Source: Alphaproteobacteria bacterium
GTDB lineage: Bacteria > Pseudomonadota > Alphaproteobacteria > UBA828
Assembly (NCBI GenBank): GCA_965221125.1
Contig: CBDCRW010000003.1
Span: 288,001 to 352,000, forward strand
Length of the DNA: 64,000 nt
Direction: 5' to 3'
A program made the translations under genes and the position numbers. The notes under the pieces were generated by a model that was not told where the DNA came from, searched no databases, and saw only the letters and a list, made by a program, of their open reading frames with translations. Of this stretch, positions 40,255-49,583 are shown one piece after another; the stretch's first letter is position 1; every line of letters starts with the position of its first letter.

Positions 40255-41142
40255 ATGAGATCTGCGCGGATACTGCCTGACCGCATAACCGCCGAAAGGC
40301 GGTTCAGCAAGCAGGGCCGTACAAAGAGTTGCACGCGCCCCCGGCGGGCTTCGTTCGGTATCCTCATTCTTGCGCTGGCGTGCCTCGTCCTGCCGGGCGC
40401 ACACGCCCTTGCCCAGGAAGAAACGCCGGAGGACAAGGGTTTGCGGATCGCGCTGGAAGCAAGCGCGCGCAACGACGGCTTTCAGGACTTCACCGCCGGA
40501 ATGACGATGGTGCTGCGCGACCGGCACGGCCGCGAGAGCGTGCGCCAGATGCGCTTCAAGGTGCTGGAGGTGCCGGGAGACGGCGACAAGAGCCTGTTCG
40601 TGTTCGACGAGCCGCGGGACGTGCAGGGAACCGCCCTGCTCACTCACGCGCACGTCAACAGCCAGGACGACCAGTGGCTTTACCTGCCGGCCCTGAAAAG
40701 AGTGAAGCGCATCAACGCCGCGCGGCGTTCGGGATCGTTCATGGGAAGCGAGTTCTCGTACGAGGACATGAGCTCGCTGGAGGTGGAGGAATACACCTAC
40801 AAATACCTTCGCGACGAGCCCTGCGGCGACCTCACCTGCACGGTGATCGAGCAGGTTCCCCTGGATGAGGAGTCCGGCTACAGCCGCAGGGTCGTCTGGC
40901 AGGATGCGGTTGAGCTTCGAACCTGGAAGATGGAGCTTTACGACCGCAAGGGCTCGCACCTGAAGACGCTTACCTTCGCCGACTATCGGCAATACCTGGA
41001 CCAATATTGGCGGGCGGGCGAGCAGACGATGGTCAATCACCTGACCGGCGCGAGCACGGTGCTTGAATGGACCGATTTTCGCTTCCGCACCGATATCGCC
41101 GAAAGCGAGTTTACCCAAACGGCACTCCGACGCGTGCGCTGA
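40255..41142 (+). CDS. LolA-like outer-membrane lipoprotein-sorting protein (start uncertain)
   Basis: FDEPRDVQGTALL, DDQWLYLPALKRVKRI, SFMGSEFSYED, LKTL. Confidence 0.85.
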   Translation: MRSARILPDRITAERRFSKQGRTKSCTRPRRASFGILILALACLVLPGAHALAQEETPEDKGLRIALEASARNDGFQDFTAGMTMVLRDRHGRESVRQMRFKVLEVPGDGDKSLFVFDEPRDVQGTALLTHAHVNSQDDQWLYLPALKRVKRINAARRSGSFMGSEFSYEDMSSLEVEEYTYKYLRDEPCGDLTCTVIEQVPLDEESGYSRRVVWQDAVELRTWKMELYDRKGSHLKTLTFADYRQYLDQYWRAGEQTMVNHLTGASTVLEWTDFRFRTDIAESEFTQTALRRVR

Positions 41143-42371
41143 TGCGGCCCGCCGGCGCACTTGCGGCCCTCGTGCTCCTGGCCGCCGCCGGTGCCGAGGC
41201 GCAGCCTCTCGATATTTCCGGCGACCTGAGCGCGCAGGCGCAGTGGTATCCGCAATCGCCGGCCTTCGCCGGTCAGCGTTCCGCCACCGGCGGGCTGGTC
41301 CTCGAGCCGACGCTCTACGGGGACGTCGCGAATAGAACCAGCGTCACCCTCACCGCCTTTTATCGCTACGACAGCGCCGATGCGGAGCGCACACATGCGG
41401 ACCTGCGCGAGGCCTACGTGTTGACCTATGGAGACTGGGACGAGAATTCCTGGGAGCTTCGGCTGGGCGTCGACCGCGTGTTCTGGGGCGTGGCCGAGCT
41501 GCACAACCTCGTCGATATCGTCAACCAATTGGACATCGTCGAGCACCCGCGCGACCGCCCCAAACTGGGTCAGCCCATGGCGCACCTGACGCTTTCCGGC
41601 GACTGGGGCATCGCCGAATCTTTTCTGCTGCCGTACCACCGCAAGCGCACGTTTCCGGGGCGTGCCGGGCGCAACCGTTCGGAGCACCCGATCGACGGGG
41701 ACGCCCAGTACGAGAGCGGTGCCGAAGAGCGCCATCTCGATGTTGCGTTTCGCTACAGCAATGCCGTGGACCTGCTCGATTTCGGCCTTACCGCCTTCGT
41801 CGGCACGAGCCGCGAACCTTCGTTTCTCGTTCGCCCCCGGTCGCAGCCGTCGGCAGAAACAGGCACGCGCCTGATCCCGTACTACGAGCAAATCCGACAG
41901 TTCGGGCTGGACGCGCAACTCACGACCGAGCCCTGGCTCTACAAGCTGGAAGCCATTCACCGTCGTGGCGCGCGCAATCTGCTGGGCGTGGTGGAGGATT
42001 ACAGCGCCTTGATCTTCGGCATGGAACGCACGTTCTACGCGGTGTTCGAGTCCCGCGAGGACCTGACCGTTCTCGCCGAGTGGCACTACGACGGCCGCGA
42101 ACGCCGCGCCACGAGCGCCTGGGCGAACGACCTGTTTGTCGCGGGCGCGCTCACGTTCAACGATGTTGACGGCACCGAGCTGGTGGCGGGCATTCTCGCC
42201 GACCTCCGCCACGACACGCGCTCGTTGAACCTGGAATTCAAACGGCGCCTCACGAACAGCTGGACGATGCGCCTGGAAGGGATCGCGTACCTGAGCGCCG
42301 ACCCGCAGGATTTGACCTACGGTGGGCGGCGCGACAGCTACCTGGGCACGGATTTCACCTACAGCTTCTGA
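41142..42371 (+). CDS. Putative outer-membrane beta-barrel protein
   Basis: Signal peptide ending AEA-Q, DLREAY, FWGVAE...LVDIVNQ, C-terminal FTYSF. Confidence 0.7.
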   Translation: MRPAGALAALVLLAAAGAEAQPLDISGDLSAQAQWYPQSPAFAGQRSATGGLVLEPTLYGDVANRTSVTLTAFYRYDSADAERTHADLREAYVLTYGDWDENSWELRLGVDRVFWGVAELHNLVDIVNQLDIVEHPRDRPKLGQPMAHLTLSGDWGIAESFLLPYHRKRTFPGRAGRNRSEHPIDGDAQYESGAEERHLDVAFRYSNAVDLLDFGLTAFVGTSREPSFLVRPRSQPSAETGTRLIPYYEQIRQFGLDAQLTTEPWLYKLEAIHRRGARNLLGVVEDYSALIFGMERTFYAVFESREDLTVLAEWHYDGRERRATSAWANDLFVAGALTFNDVDGTELVAGILADLRHDTRSLNLEFKRRLTNSWTMRLEGIAYLSADPQDLTYGGRRDSYLGTDFTYSF

Positions 42372-42386
42372 CGGCGGCAGCGCGCG

Positions 42387-43661
42387 ATGATACAGCCGGG
42401 CATTGAATCTCTACGGAAGATCGCGGTCGTCGGGCGGGGAACCGCAGGGTCGCTGGCGGCTGCCAGCGTGACGAGTCTTCTCCCCGACGGCGACCACGAG
42501 CTCCACCACATTTACGACTCGCGCATTCCGGTCATTGGCGTCGGCGAAGGCAGCTGGCCGAGCCTGGTTCAGGAGTTGCAGAAACTGACGAACCTGCCTC
42601 ACGAAACCGTCCAGCAGCGCCTGAAGGGAACGCGCAAGTACGGCGTCGCATTCGAGGGGTGGGGTCGGCGCAACCGAGACTTCACGCACTACTTCACGCC
42701 GCAGCAGGTCTCCTACGCCTACCACCTCTCCGCCGACCTGATGGGGGAGCTGCTGCACGAAAGCACGCGCGCGCAACACATCGACGCGAGAGTGCTCGAC
42801 ATCAGAAGGGTGGACGGCGGCGCGCTCGTGGAACTCGAAGGCATGGCGCCGGAACGCTACGACCTGGTCTTCGATGCCCGCGGTTTTCCCAAGCAGCTTC
42901 AGCCCGAGCGCCAAATCGACATTTCATTCATCCCAACCAATACGGCCATCATCCGCCGCTGCCCGGCAATCATCGAGGAAGAACCGGATCGGCCGGCTCT
43001 GCAGCATACCTATACCCGCGCGGTTGCCCGCCCACACGGCTGGGTCTTCGTCATTCCGCTGACGGTGCACACGTCCTACGGGTACATCTTCAACCGCGAC
43101 GTCTCCAGCCAAGCGGACGTCGAGTCGGACTTCGACGCGTTCCTCAAGGCCGATGGCGTGACCGAATACGAGCAGCGCGCCGTCATTCCGTTCCCCAATT
43201 TCGTCCACCGTCGAATCTTCGATGGCGCGGTGGCGCGCATCGGCAATGCCGCAGCCTTCATGGAGCCGCTCGAAGCGACGGCGATCGTCTCCGCTCAGTT
43301 GCAGATCGGGATGGTTCTCCACATCCGTCTGAATCGCTCGATAGAACATCTCGAGCGCGACGCGCCGGTGGTCAATCGCTTCCTCGTCAACAACATGCTT
43401 TGCTACGGCCTGTTCGTCGGCTGGCACTATTCCTGCGGCTCGACGTACGACAGCCCGTTCTGGCGCCACGCGCGCGAGGGCGCCTGGCCGCAACACCGCA
43501 AGGCCGCGGCACCCGAGATGGTGGATTGTGCCGCGCTCAGCAAGTTCGATGACATGATCGCGCTGCTGAATAGGCCCGTCATCGACAAGGCGGGCTGGAA
43601 CCGGATGTGCGCGGTCCCTCTCACCAGCTATGCCCAGATGTCTCAGGGCCTCGGCTGCTAG
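42387..43661 (+). CDS. srpI: Flavin-dependent tryptophan-halogenase-family enzyme (peptidyl-Trp brominase-like)
   Basis: GRGTAG, IGVGEGS, candidate catalytic Lys in GTRKYGV, GWVFVIP (WxWxIP-like), GNAAAFMEPLEAT; precursor ends in Trp. Confidence 0.85.
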   Translation: MIQPGIESLRKIAVVGRGTAGSLAAASVTSLLPDGDHELHHIYDSRIPVIGVGEGSWPSLVQELQKLTNLPHETVQQRLKGTRKYGVAFEGWGRRNRDFTHYFTPQQVSYAYHLSADLMGELLHESTRAQHIDARVLDIRRVDGGALVELEGMAPERYDLVFDARGFPKQLQPERQIDISFIPTNTAIIRRCPAIIEEEPDRPALQHTYTRAVARPHGWVFVIPLTVHTSYGYIFNRDVSSQADVESDFDAFLKADGVTEYEQRAVIPFPNFVHRRIFDGAVARIGNAAAFMEPLEATAIVSAQLQIGMVLHIRLNRSIEHLERDAPVVNRFLVNNMLCYGLFVGWHYSCGSTYDSPFWRHAREGAWPQHRKAAAPEMVDCAALSKFDDMIALLNRPVIDKAGWNRMCAVPLTSYAQMSQGLGC

Positions 43662-43815
43662 AGCGATTGCCGACCTTACGAGATCACTGCAGCACGAATG
43701 TTCCCACCTCCCCCTGTCCCCCTCCTCCCATTGGGAGGAGGGGGGACTCTGACGCCGATGGCGGAGTCTCCCTCTCCTCCCCTCGGGAGGAGAGGGCCGG
43801 GGAGAGGTGGGGGGT
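43659..43815. repeat. Intergenic palindromic repeat, copy C
   Basis: Shares its 5' part with copy A and its hairpins with copy B (CCCTCTCCTCCC..GGGAGGAGAGGG, 43770-43796). Confidence 0.75.
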
Positions 43816-43836
43816 TCTTTTCTGGCCGCCCGGCCC

Positions 43837-44877
43837 CTACTCCGCCGCCATCTTCTGCGGCTGGGGGATGCCGTCGACGGGGCAGCCCGTCACGCCGATG
43901 GAATCGCGGGTGATGGATTCGACCATCTGCTGCGCCCGGCGCGGGTCCTCCACCCAGGTGCGGTAGAAGTCGAACGGGCACTCGGCCACGCCCTTGTCGC
44001 CGTCGCCCGATGCGTACACGCCCGTGTAGCCCCGGTGCACCAGCTTGAAGAGGTGGTTCTGCGCCTGGTCGTTCTCGCGGGCGTCGCGGATCTGCGAGAC
44101 GGAGAGCTGGGCGTACTGGATGCCGTACTCCTCCTCGCCGCACTCGCCGAGAGTGCGGCCGTCGAAGCCGATGATCCCCGAGTGGCCGAAGTAGGTGTAG
44201 ACGCCGTCATTGCCGGCGGCGTTGGCGACCGCCACGTAGCAGCAGTTGGCCCAGGCCATCGCCTTCGCCATCATGATCTGCTGGTCCTTCGCCGGGTACA
44301 TGTAGCCCTGGCAGCGGACGATCAGCTCGGCGCCCTTGACCGCGCAGTCGCGCCAGATCTCGGGATAATTGCCGTCGTCGCAGATGATGAGGCTGACCTT
44401 GAGGCCCTTGGGCCCGGTGCTCACGTAGGTCTCGCTGCCGGGATACCAGCCCTCGATCGGGCACCAGGGCAGGATCTTGCGGTACTTCTGGACGATCTCG
44501 CCCTCGTTGTTCATCAGGATGAGGGTGTTGTACGGGTTCTTGTTGGGGTGATCCTCGTGCACCTCGCCGGTGAGCGAGAAGACGCCCCAGGTGTCGGCCT
44601 CGCGGCAGGCCTCGGCGAAGATGTCCGTCTCCGGGCCCGGAATCTCGGATGCCGTGTCGAACATCTCCTTGCGGTCGTACATGATTCCGTGCGTGCTGTA
44701 TTCCGGGAAGATCGCGAGATCCATTCCCGGCAGGCCGACCTTCGCGCCGACGATCATGTCGGCAATCTTCTTCGAGTTGTCGATGACGTCCTGGCGCGTG
44801 TGCAGGCGCGGCATCTTGTACTGAAAGACCGCGCAACCCACCGTGTCGGGACTGCTGACGATGTCACCGTGTCTCAT
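43837..44877 (-). CDS. amiE: Aliphatic amidase
   Basis: [45 protein letters not shown]. Confidence 0.95.
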   Translation of the reverse strand: MRHGDIVSSPDTVGCAVFQYKMPRLHTRQDVIDNSKKIADMIVGAKVGLPGMDLAIFPEYSTHGIMYDRKEMFDTASEIPGPETDIFAEACREADTWGVFSLTGEVHEDHPNKNPYNTLILMNNEGEIVQKYRKILPWCPIEGWYPGSETYVSTGPKGLKVSLIICDDGNYPEIWRDCAVKGAELIVRCQGYMYPAKDQQIMMAKAMAWANCCYVAVANAAGNDGVYTYFGHSGIIGFDGRTLGECGEEEYGIQYAQLSVSQIRDARENDQAQNHLFKLVHRGYTGVYASGDGDKGVAECPFDFYRTWVEDPRRAQQMVESITRDSIGVTGCPVDGIPQPQKMAAE

Positions 44878-45062
44878 GGCGTAGCCTCCCTAGCCATCCG
44901 TATCCTGCCGGGGGTTATACCGCGCCCCGTGACCGCGACCAACCATCTGCCGCTCGCGGCCCGGCGAGGCGCAGGAAGTAACGGGACGCTGGACCCTCCC
45001 CCGCCAACACGCTCATACTCCAAGGTCAGGAATAAGAATCAGCGAAAAGACGGGAGGGCAAG

Positions 45063-46427
45063 ATGGACCTGATCCTGGCGAACGGCACGGTCGTCACCGC
45101 GCACGAGAGCTACGACGCCGACATCGGCATCGAGGACGGCGTCATCAAGCAGATCGGCCACGGGCTCGGCCCGGCGGGACGCACGGTCGATTGCAGTGGC
45201 AAGCTCCTGTTCCCCGGCGGCGTCGACGTGCACACCCATGTCGAGTTCGAGCTGATGGGGCAAGAGACCGCCGATGACTTCCACTCGTCCACGGTGGCGG
45301 CGGCCTGCGGCGGCATCACCACGATCTGCGACTACGCGTTCCCCGAGCCCGGCCAGTCGCTGCAGGACTGCCTCGTCCGCTGGAACCAGCGGGGCGAGAA
45401 GTCGGTGATCGACTACGGCCTGCACCCGACCATCTTCCAGCCCGGCGAGCACACGCTGAGCGAGATGCGGGACTGTGTGGCCGACGGCTACACCAGCTTC
45501 AAGATCTTCATGATCGGCTTCGCCGAGTTCGACAAGTACGCGCCGCAGTACCTGCGCTGCATGGAGGAGGCCGGCAAGCTCGGCGCCATGGTCAACATCC
45601 ACTGCGAGGACCAGTGCTGCATCTCCTACATGACCCAGAAGCTGGAGGAGGAGAACAACTCCAACGTCCGCACCTTCCCCGATTCCAGGCCGCGCATCTC
45701 GGAGGGGCTGGCTGCGCGGCGCGCGCTCTGGATGGCGCACATGGCCGACGTGCCGGCCTATCTCGTCCACCTCTCCTGCCAGGAGGGGCTGGATGCGCTC
45801 AACGACGCGCGGGGCCGCGGCCAGACCTGCTACGGCGAGACCCGGCCGATCTACCTGCACCTCTCGCGCGAGCGCTTCAACGAGGAGGTGGACCCCGAGC
45901 GCTACGTCGGCTGGCCGCCGCTGCGCGAGGCCGACCAGATGGAGGTGATGTGGCAGGCTTTGGACAGCGGCGTGCTGCAGACCGTCGCCACCGACCACGT
46001 CGGCTGGAACATGAAGCAGAAGAAGGCCACCGTCACCGTCGACGAACTGCTGCCCGGCATGTCGAACCTGGAGACGGTGCTGCCCATGCTCTATTCCGAG
46101 GGCGTGCGCGGCGGCCGCCTTTCCATCAACCGCTTCGTCGACGTGAGCGCCACGAAGCCCGCCAAGCTCATGGGCATGTACCCGCAGAAGGGGACCATCG
46201 CGGTGGGCTCCGACGCCGACGTCACGGTGTTCGACACCGAGAAGCCGGTCACCATCCGCCAGAAGGACATGCACTCGAACCAGGACTGGGAGCTGCACGA
46301 GGGCTTCGAGGTCACCGGCTGGCCGACCATGACGATCTCCCGCGGCGACATCATCGTGGAGGACGGCAAGGTCAACGCCGAGCCCGGCCGCGGCCAGCTG
46401 GTCAAGCGCCGCACCTACACGACGTAG
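45063..46427 (+). CDS. hydA: Dihydropyrimidinase / hydantoinase family cyclic amidohydrolase
   Basis: PGGVDVHTH, SFKIFM, IHCE, VHLS, PPLR, ATDH, KGTIAVGSDAD. Confidence 0.85.
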   Translation: MDLILANGTVVTAHESYDADIGIEDGVIKQIGHGLGPAGRTVDCSGKLLFPGGVDVHTHVEFELMGQETADDFHSSTVAAACGGITTICDYAFPEPGQSLQDCLVRWNQRGEKSVIDYGLHPTIFQPGEHTLSEMRDCVADGYTSFKIFMIGFAEFDKYAPQYLRCMEEAGKLGAMVNIHCEDQCCISYMTQKLEEENNSNVRTFPDSRPRISEGLAARRALWMAHMADVPAYLVHLSCQEGLDALNDARGRGQTCYGETRPIYLHLSRERFNEEVDPERYVGWPPLREADQMEVMWQALDSGVLQTVATDHVGWNMKQKKATVTVDELLPGMSNLETVLPMLYSEGVRGGRLSINRFVDVSATKPAKLMGMYPQKGTIAVGSDADVTVFDTEKPVTIRQKDMHSNQDWELHEGFEVTGWPTMTISRGDIIVEDGKVNAEPGRGQLVKRRTYTT

Positions 46428-46443
46428 CCGCGGGACGGGGCGG

Positions 46444-47271
46444 ATGGCGCAGGCGCTCGGAGCTGCCGCCCCGGCCGATAGCGAGCCGCGGGTGGAGCCC
46501 GGCGCCGCGCTCCAGGTCGCGGACCTCTACAAGCGCTTCGGCGACCTGGAGGTGCTGAAGGGCGTCTCGCTCACGGCCTGCGAGCACGACGTCATCGCCA
46601 TCCTGGGCGCGAGCGGCTCCGGCAAGAGCACCCTGCTCCGCTGCATCAACCTGCTGGAGGTGCCGGATGCCGGCGAGGTCCGCGTCGGCGGCGAGCTGAT
46701 CCGCATGCGGACCGGCCGGCACGGCCAGGCGATGCCGGCGGACCGCCGCCAGGTGGACCGCATCCGCGCCCGGCTCGGCATGGTCTTCCAGCAGTTCAAC
46801 CTGTGGTCGCATCTGACCGTGCTGCAGAACGTCATCGAGGCGCCCATCCACGTGCTCAGGCTGCCCCGGCGCGAGGCGGTGGAGCGGGCGCGGGCGCTGC
46901 TCGACAAGGTCGGCCTCGCGGACAAGCACGACTACTTCCCGGCCCACCTGTCCGGGGGGCAGGAGCAGCGGGCCGCCATCGCCCGCGCGCTCGCGATGGA
47001 GCCCGACGTCATGCTGTTCGACGAGCCCACGTCGGCGCTCGACCCGGAGCTGGTCGGCGAGGTGCTGAAGGTCATCCGCGACCTCGCCGAGGAAGGCCGG
47101 ACCATGCTGATCGTCACCCACGAGGTCGGCTTCGCCCGCGACGTGTCGTCGCGCACCGTGTTCCTGCACGAGGGTCAGATCGAGGAGGAAGGCGCGTCGA
47201 GGGCGGTGCTCGACGACCCGCAGTCGCCGCGATTCAGGCGGTTCCTCTCGGGCCAGCGCGGCGACGCCTAG
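46444..47271 (+). CDS. Polar amino-acid ABC ATPase (HisP/AotP-like)
   Basis: GASGSGKS, MVFQQFNLWSH, FDEPTSALDPELVGEVL. Confidence 0.93.
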   Translation: MAQALGAAAPADSEPRVEPGAALQVADLYKRFGDLEVLKGVSLTACEHDVIAILGASGSGKSTLLRCINLLEVPDAGEVRVGGELIRMRTGRHGQAMPADRRQVDRIRARLGMVFQQFNLWSHLTVLQNVIEAPIHVLRLPRREAVERARALLDKVGLADKHDYFPAHLSGGQEQRAAIARALAMEPDVMLFDEPTSALDPELVGEVLKVIRDLAEEGRTMLIVTHEVGFARDVSSRTVFLHEGQIEEEGASRAVLDDPQSPRFRRFLSGQRGDA

Positions 47272-47312
47272 GCCATGCAAACCACCCACCACCGGCGAAG
47301 GAGAACGGAGAG

Positions 47313-48089
47313 ATGAGGAAATTCACATTCTTGGGCGTGCTAGCGGCGCTCGCGCTCGCGGCCGGCGCGGCGGCGGCCGACATGAAGAAGGTCACGCTCG
47401 GCACCGAGGGCGCCTACCCGCCCTTCAACTGGATCGACGAGAACGGCGACCTGCAGGGCTTCGACATCGAGATCGGCAACGCGCTCTGCGCTGCGGCGAA
47501 GCTCGACTGCACCTGGGAGGTGCAGGACTGGGACGGCATCATCCCCGGCCTGCTCGCCAAGAAGTACGACACCATCGTCGCCTCGATGTCGATCACCGAG
47601 GAGCGCAAGCAGAAGGTGGACTTCACCGGCAAGTACTACACCACGCCGGCCAAGTTCGTGCGCATGAAGGGCTCGGGCATCGAGATCAGCGACGAGGGCC
47701 TGGACGGCCTGGCCGTCGGCGTGCAGCGGGCGACCATCCACGAGAACTTCCTGCGCGACAACTACGGCGACATCGTCACCATCAAGGCCTACGCCACCCA
47801 GGACGAGGCCAACCTCGACTTCGTCGCCGGCCGCGTCGACCTGCTGCTGGCGGATTCCATGGCCCTGCAGGGCGGCTTCCTCGACACGCCCGACGGCGCG
47901 GATGCCGAGTTCGTCGGCCCCGACTTCACCGATCCGCAGTGGTTCGGCGACGGCGCCGGCATCGCGGTGCGCAAGGGCGAGGGCGAGCTGCTGGAAGCGC
48001 TCAACGGCGCCATCGCGGCGATCCGCGCCGACGGCACCTACAAGGCGATCAACGACAAGTACTTCGATTTCGACGTCTACGGCGACTGA
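47313..48089 (+). CDS. Polar amino-acid ABC substrate-binding protein (ArgT/HisJ-like)
   Basis: Signal peptide; GTEGAYPPFN, WDGIIPGL, SMSITEERK. Confidence 0.92.
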   Translation: MRKFTFLGVLAALALAAGAAAADMKKVTLGTEGAYPPFNWIDENGDLQGFDIEIGNALCAAAKLDCTWEVQDWDGIIPGLLAKKYDTIVASMSITEERKQKVDFTGKYYTTPAKFVRMKGSGIEISDEGLDGLAVGVQRATIHENFLRDNYGDIVTIKAYATQDEANLDFVAGRVDLLLADSMALQGGFLDTPDGADAEFVGPDFTDPQWFGDGAGIAVRKGEGELLEALNGAIAAIRADGTYKAINDKYFDFDVYGD

Positions 48090-48159
48090 CCGCCGCGCAC
48101 GCATGGGCGGGCGGGCAATTCGAGCCGCCCGCCCCCCGTTGAGCTAGCGGGTCGGGCCG

Positions 48160-48849
48160 ATGCTCGATCTCAGGGGCTACGGCTGGATGCTGTGGCAGGG
48201 CCTCGAGCTCACCATCCTGGTCGGGCTCGGGGCCATGGCGCTGGCTCTCGTCCTTGGCCTGCTCGGCGCCTGGGGCAAGCTGTCCCGCGCCCGCGCGGGC
48301 CGTTGGGCCGCAGGCACCTACACCACCGTCATCCGCGGCGTGCCGGAGCTGCTGCTGATCCTGCTCGTCTACTACGGCGTGCCGACGCTGATCCAGGACA
48401 TCGCCGAGGGCGCCGGCCATGACATCATCATCGACATCAACCCCTTCGTCGCCGGCGTCATCACCATCGGCTTCATCTACGGCGCGTTCGCGACCGAGGT
48501 GTTTCGCGGCGCCTTCCTCGCCGTGCCACGCGGGCAGATCGAAGCGGCGCGGGCTCACGGCATGGGGCGCGCGCTCACCTTCCGCCGCATCGTCATGCCG
48601 CAGATGTGGCGCTTCGCGCTGCCGGGCCTCGGCAACGTCTGGATGGTGCTGATCAAGGCCACGGCGCTGATCTCGGTGATCCAGCTGGAAGAGCTCATGC
48701 GCAACGCCGACGTCGCGGCGCGCGCGACCAAGCTGCCCTTCACCTTCTTCTTCGTGGCCTCGCTCTTCTACCTCGGCATCACCATCGTCTCGATGGTGGT
48801 GCAGCGCCGCGCCGAGGTGTGGGCGAACCGCGGCGTGCGCCGGGCCTGA
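48160..48849 (+). CDS. Polar amino-acid ABC permease (HisQ-like)
   Basis: YTTVIRGVPELL, EVFRGAFLAVPRGQIEAA. Confidence 0.92.
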   Translation: MLDLRGYGWMLWQGLELTILVGLGAMALALVLGLLGAWGKLSRARAGRWAAGTYTTVIRGVPELLLILLVYYGVPTLIQDIAEGAGHDIIIDINPFVAGVITIGFIYGAFATEVFRGAFLAVPRGQIEAARAHGMGRALTFRRIVMPQMWRFALPGLGNVWMVLIKATALISVIQLEELMRNADVAARATKLPFTFFFVASLFYLGITIVSMVVQRRAEVWANRGVRRA

Positions 48850-48860
48850 GGCGGCGGGCG

Positions 48861-49583
48861 ATGGACCTCGCGATCATCTGGGAGAGCCTGCCCCGCCTGC
48901 TGGACGGCGCGGCGCTCACGCTGGAGATCACCCTCATCAGCGTCCTGATCGGTCTCGCGCTCGCGGTGCCGCTCGCGATCATGCGGCTCTCGTCCAACCC
49001 GTTTGTGTGGATGCCGGTCTACGGCTACATCCTCTACTTCCGTGGCACGCCGCTCTTGGTGCAGCTCTTCCTGGTCTACTACGGCTCAGGGCAGTTCCGG
49101 CCCTTCCTCGATTCCATCGGGCTCTGGGTGCTGTTCCGCGAGGCCTACTTCTGCGCCGTGCTCACGCTGACGCTGAACACCGCCGCGTATACCGCCGAGA
49201 TTCTGCGGGGCGCGATCCAGGGCGTGCCGCGCGGCGATATCGAGGCGGCGCGCGCGCTCGGCTATTCGGGCACCCTGCTCTACCGCCGCATCGTGCTGCC
49301 CAAGGCCTTCCGCATCGCGCTGCCGGCGTATACCAACGAGGTGGTGTTCCTGCTGCAGGCGACCTCGCTGGTCTCGATCATCACGCTGCTGGATCTCACC
49401 GGCGTCGCCCGCATCATCGTCGCCCGCAGCTTCGAGCCCTACAAGCTCTACATCACCGCCGGGCTGATGTACCTGGCGATGAGCTACTTCTTCATCCTGC
49501 TCTCGCGCTTCATCGAGCACCGCCTCTCCGGCCACATGCGCGAGCGCCCGGCGAGCGGTTGCGCCGTCTCCGACCCGCGCTAA
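48861..49583 (+). CDS. Polar amino-acid ABC permease (HisM-like)
   Basis: FRGTPLLVQLF, LNTAAYTAEILRG. Confidence 0.92.
   Translation: MDLAIIWESLPRLLDGAALTLEITLISVLIGLALAVPLAIMRLSSNPFVWMPVYGYILYFRGTPLLVQLFLVYYGSGQFRPFLDSIGLWVLFREAYFCAVLTLTLNTAAYTAEILRGAIQGVPRGDIEAARALGYSGTLLYRRIVLPKAFRIALPAYTNEVVFLLQATSLVSIITLLDLTGVARIIVARSFEPYKLYITAGLMYLAMSYFFILLSRFIEHRLSGHMRERPASGCAVSDPR

Larger units (their letters stand above)
19483..43661. other. Proteusin (NHLP) RiPP biosynthetic gene cluster, srp-like
   Basis: NHLP precursor, YcaO, halogenase, NHLM exporter genes; visibly more A/T-rich than the flanks. Confidence 0.9.

Noticed and set aside
34200-40258. Long plus-strand ORFs (1048 aa and 897 aa)
   Set aside because: Antisense shadows of the ABC transporter genes, expected in high-GC DNA; no recognisable motifs
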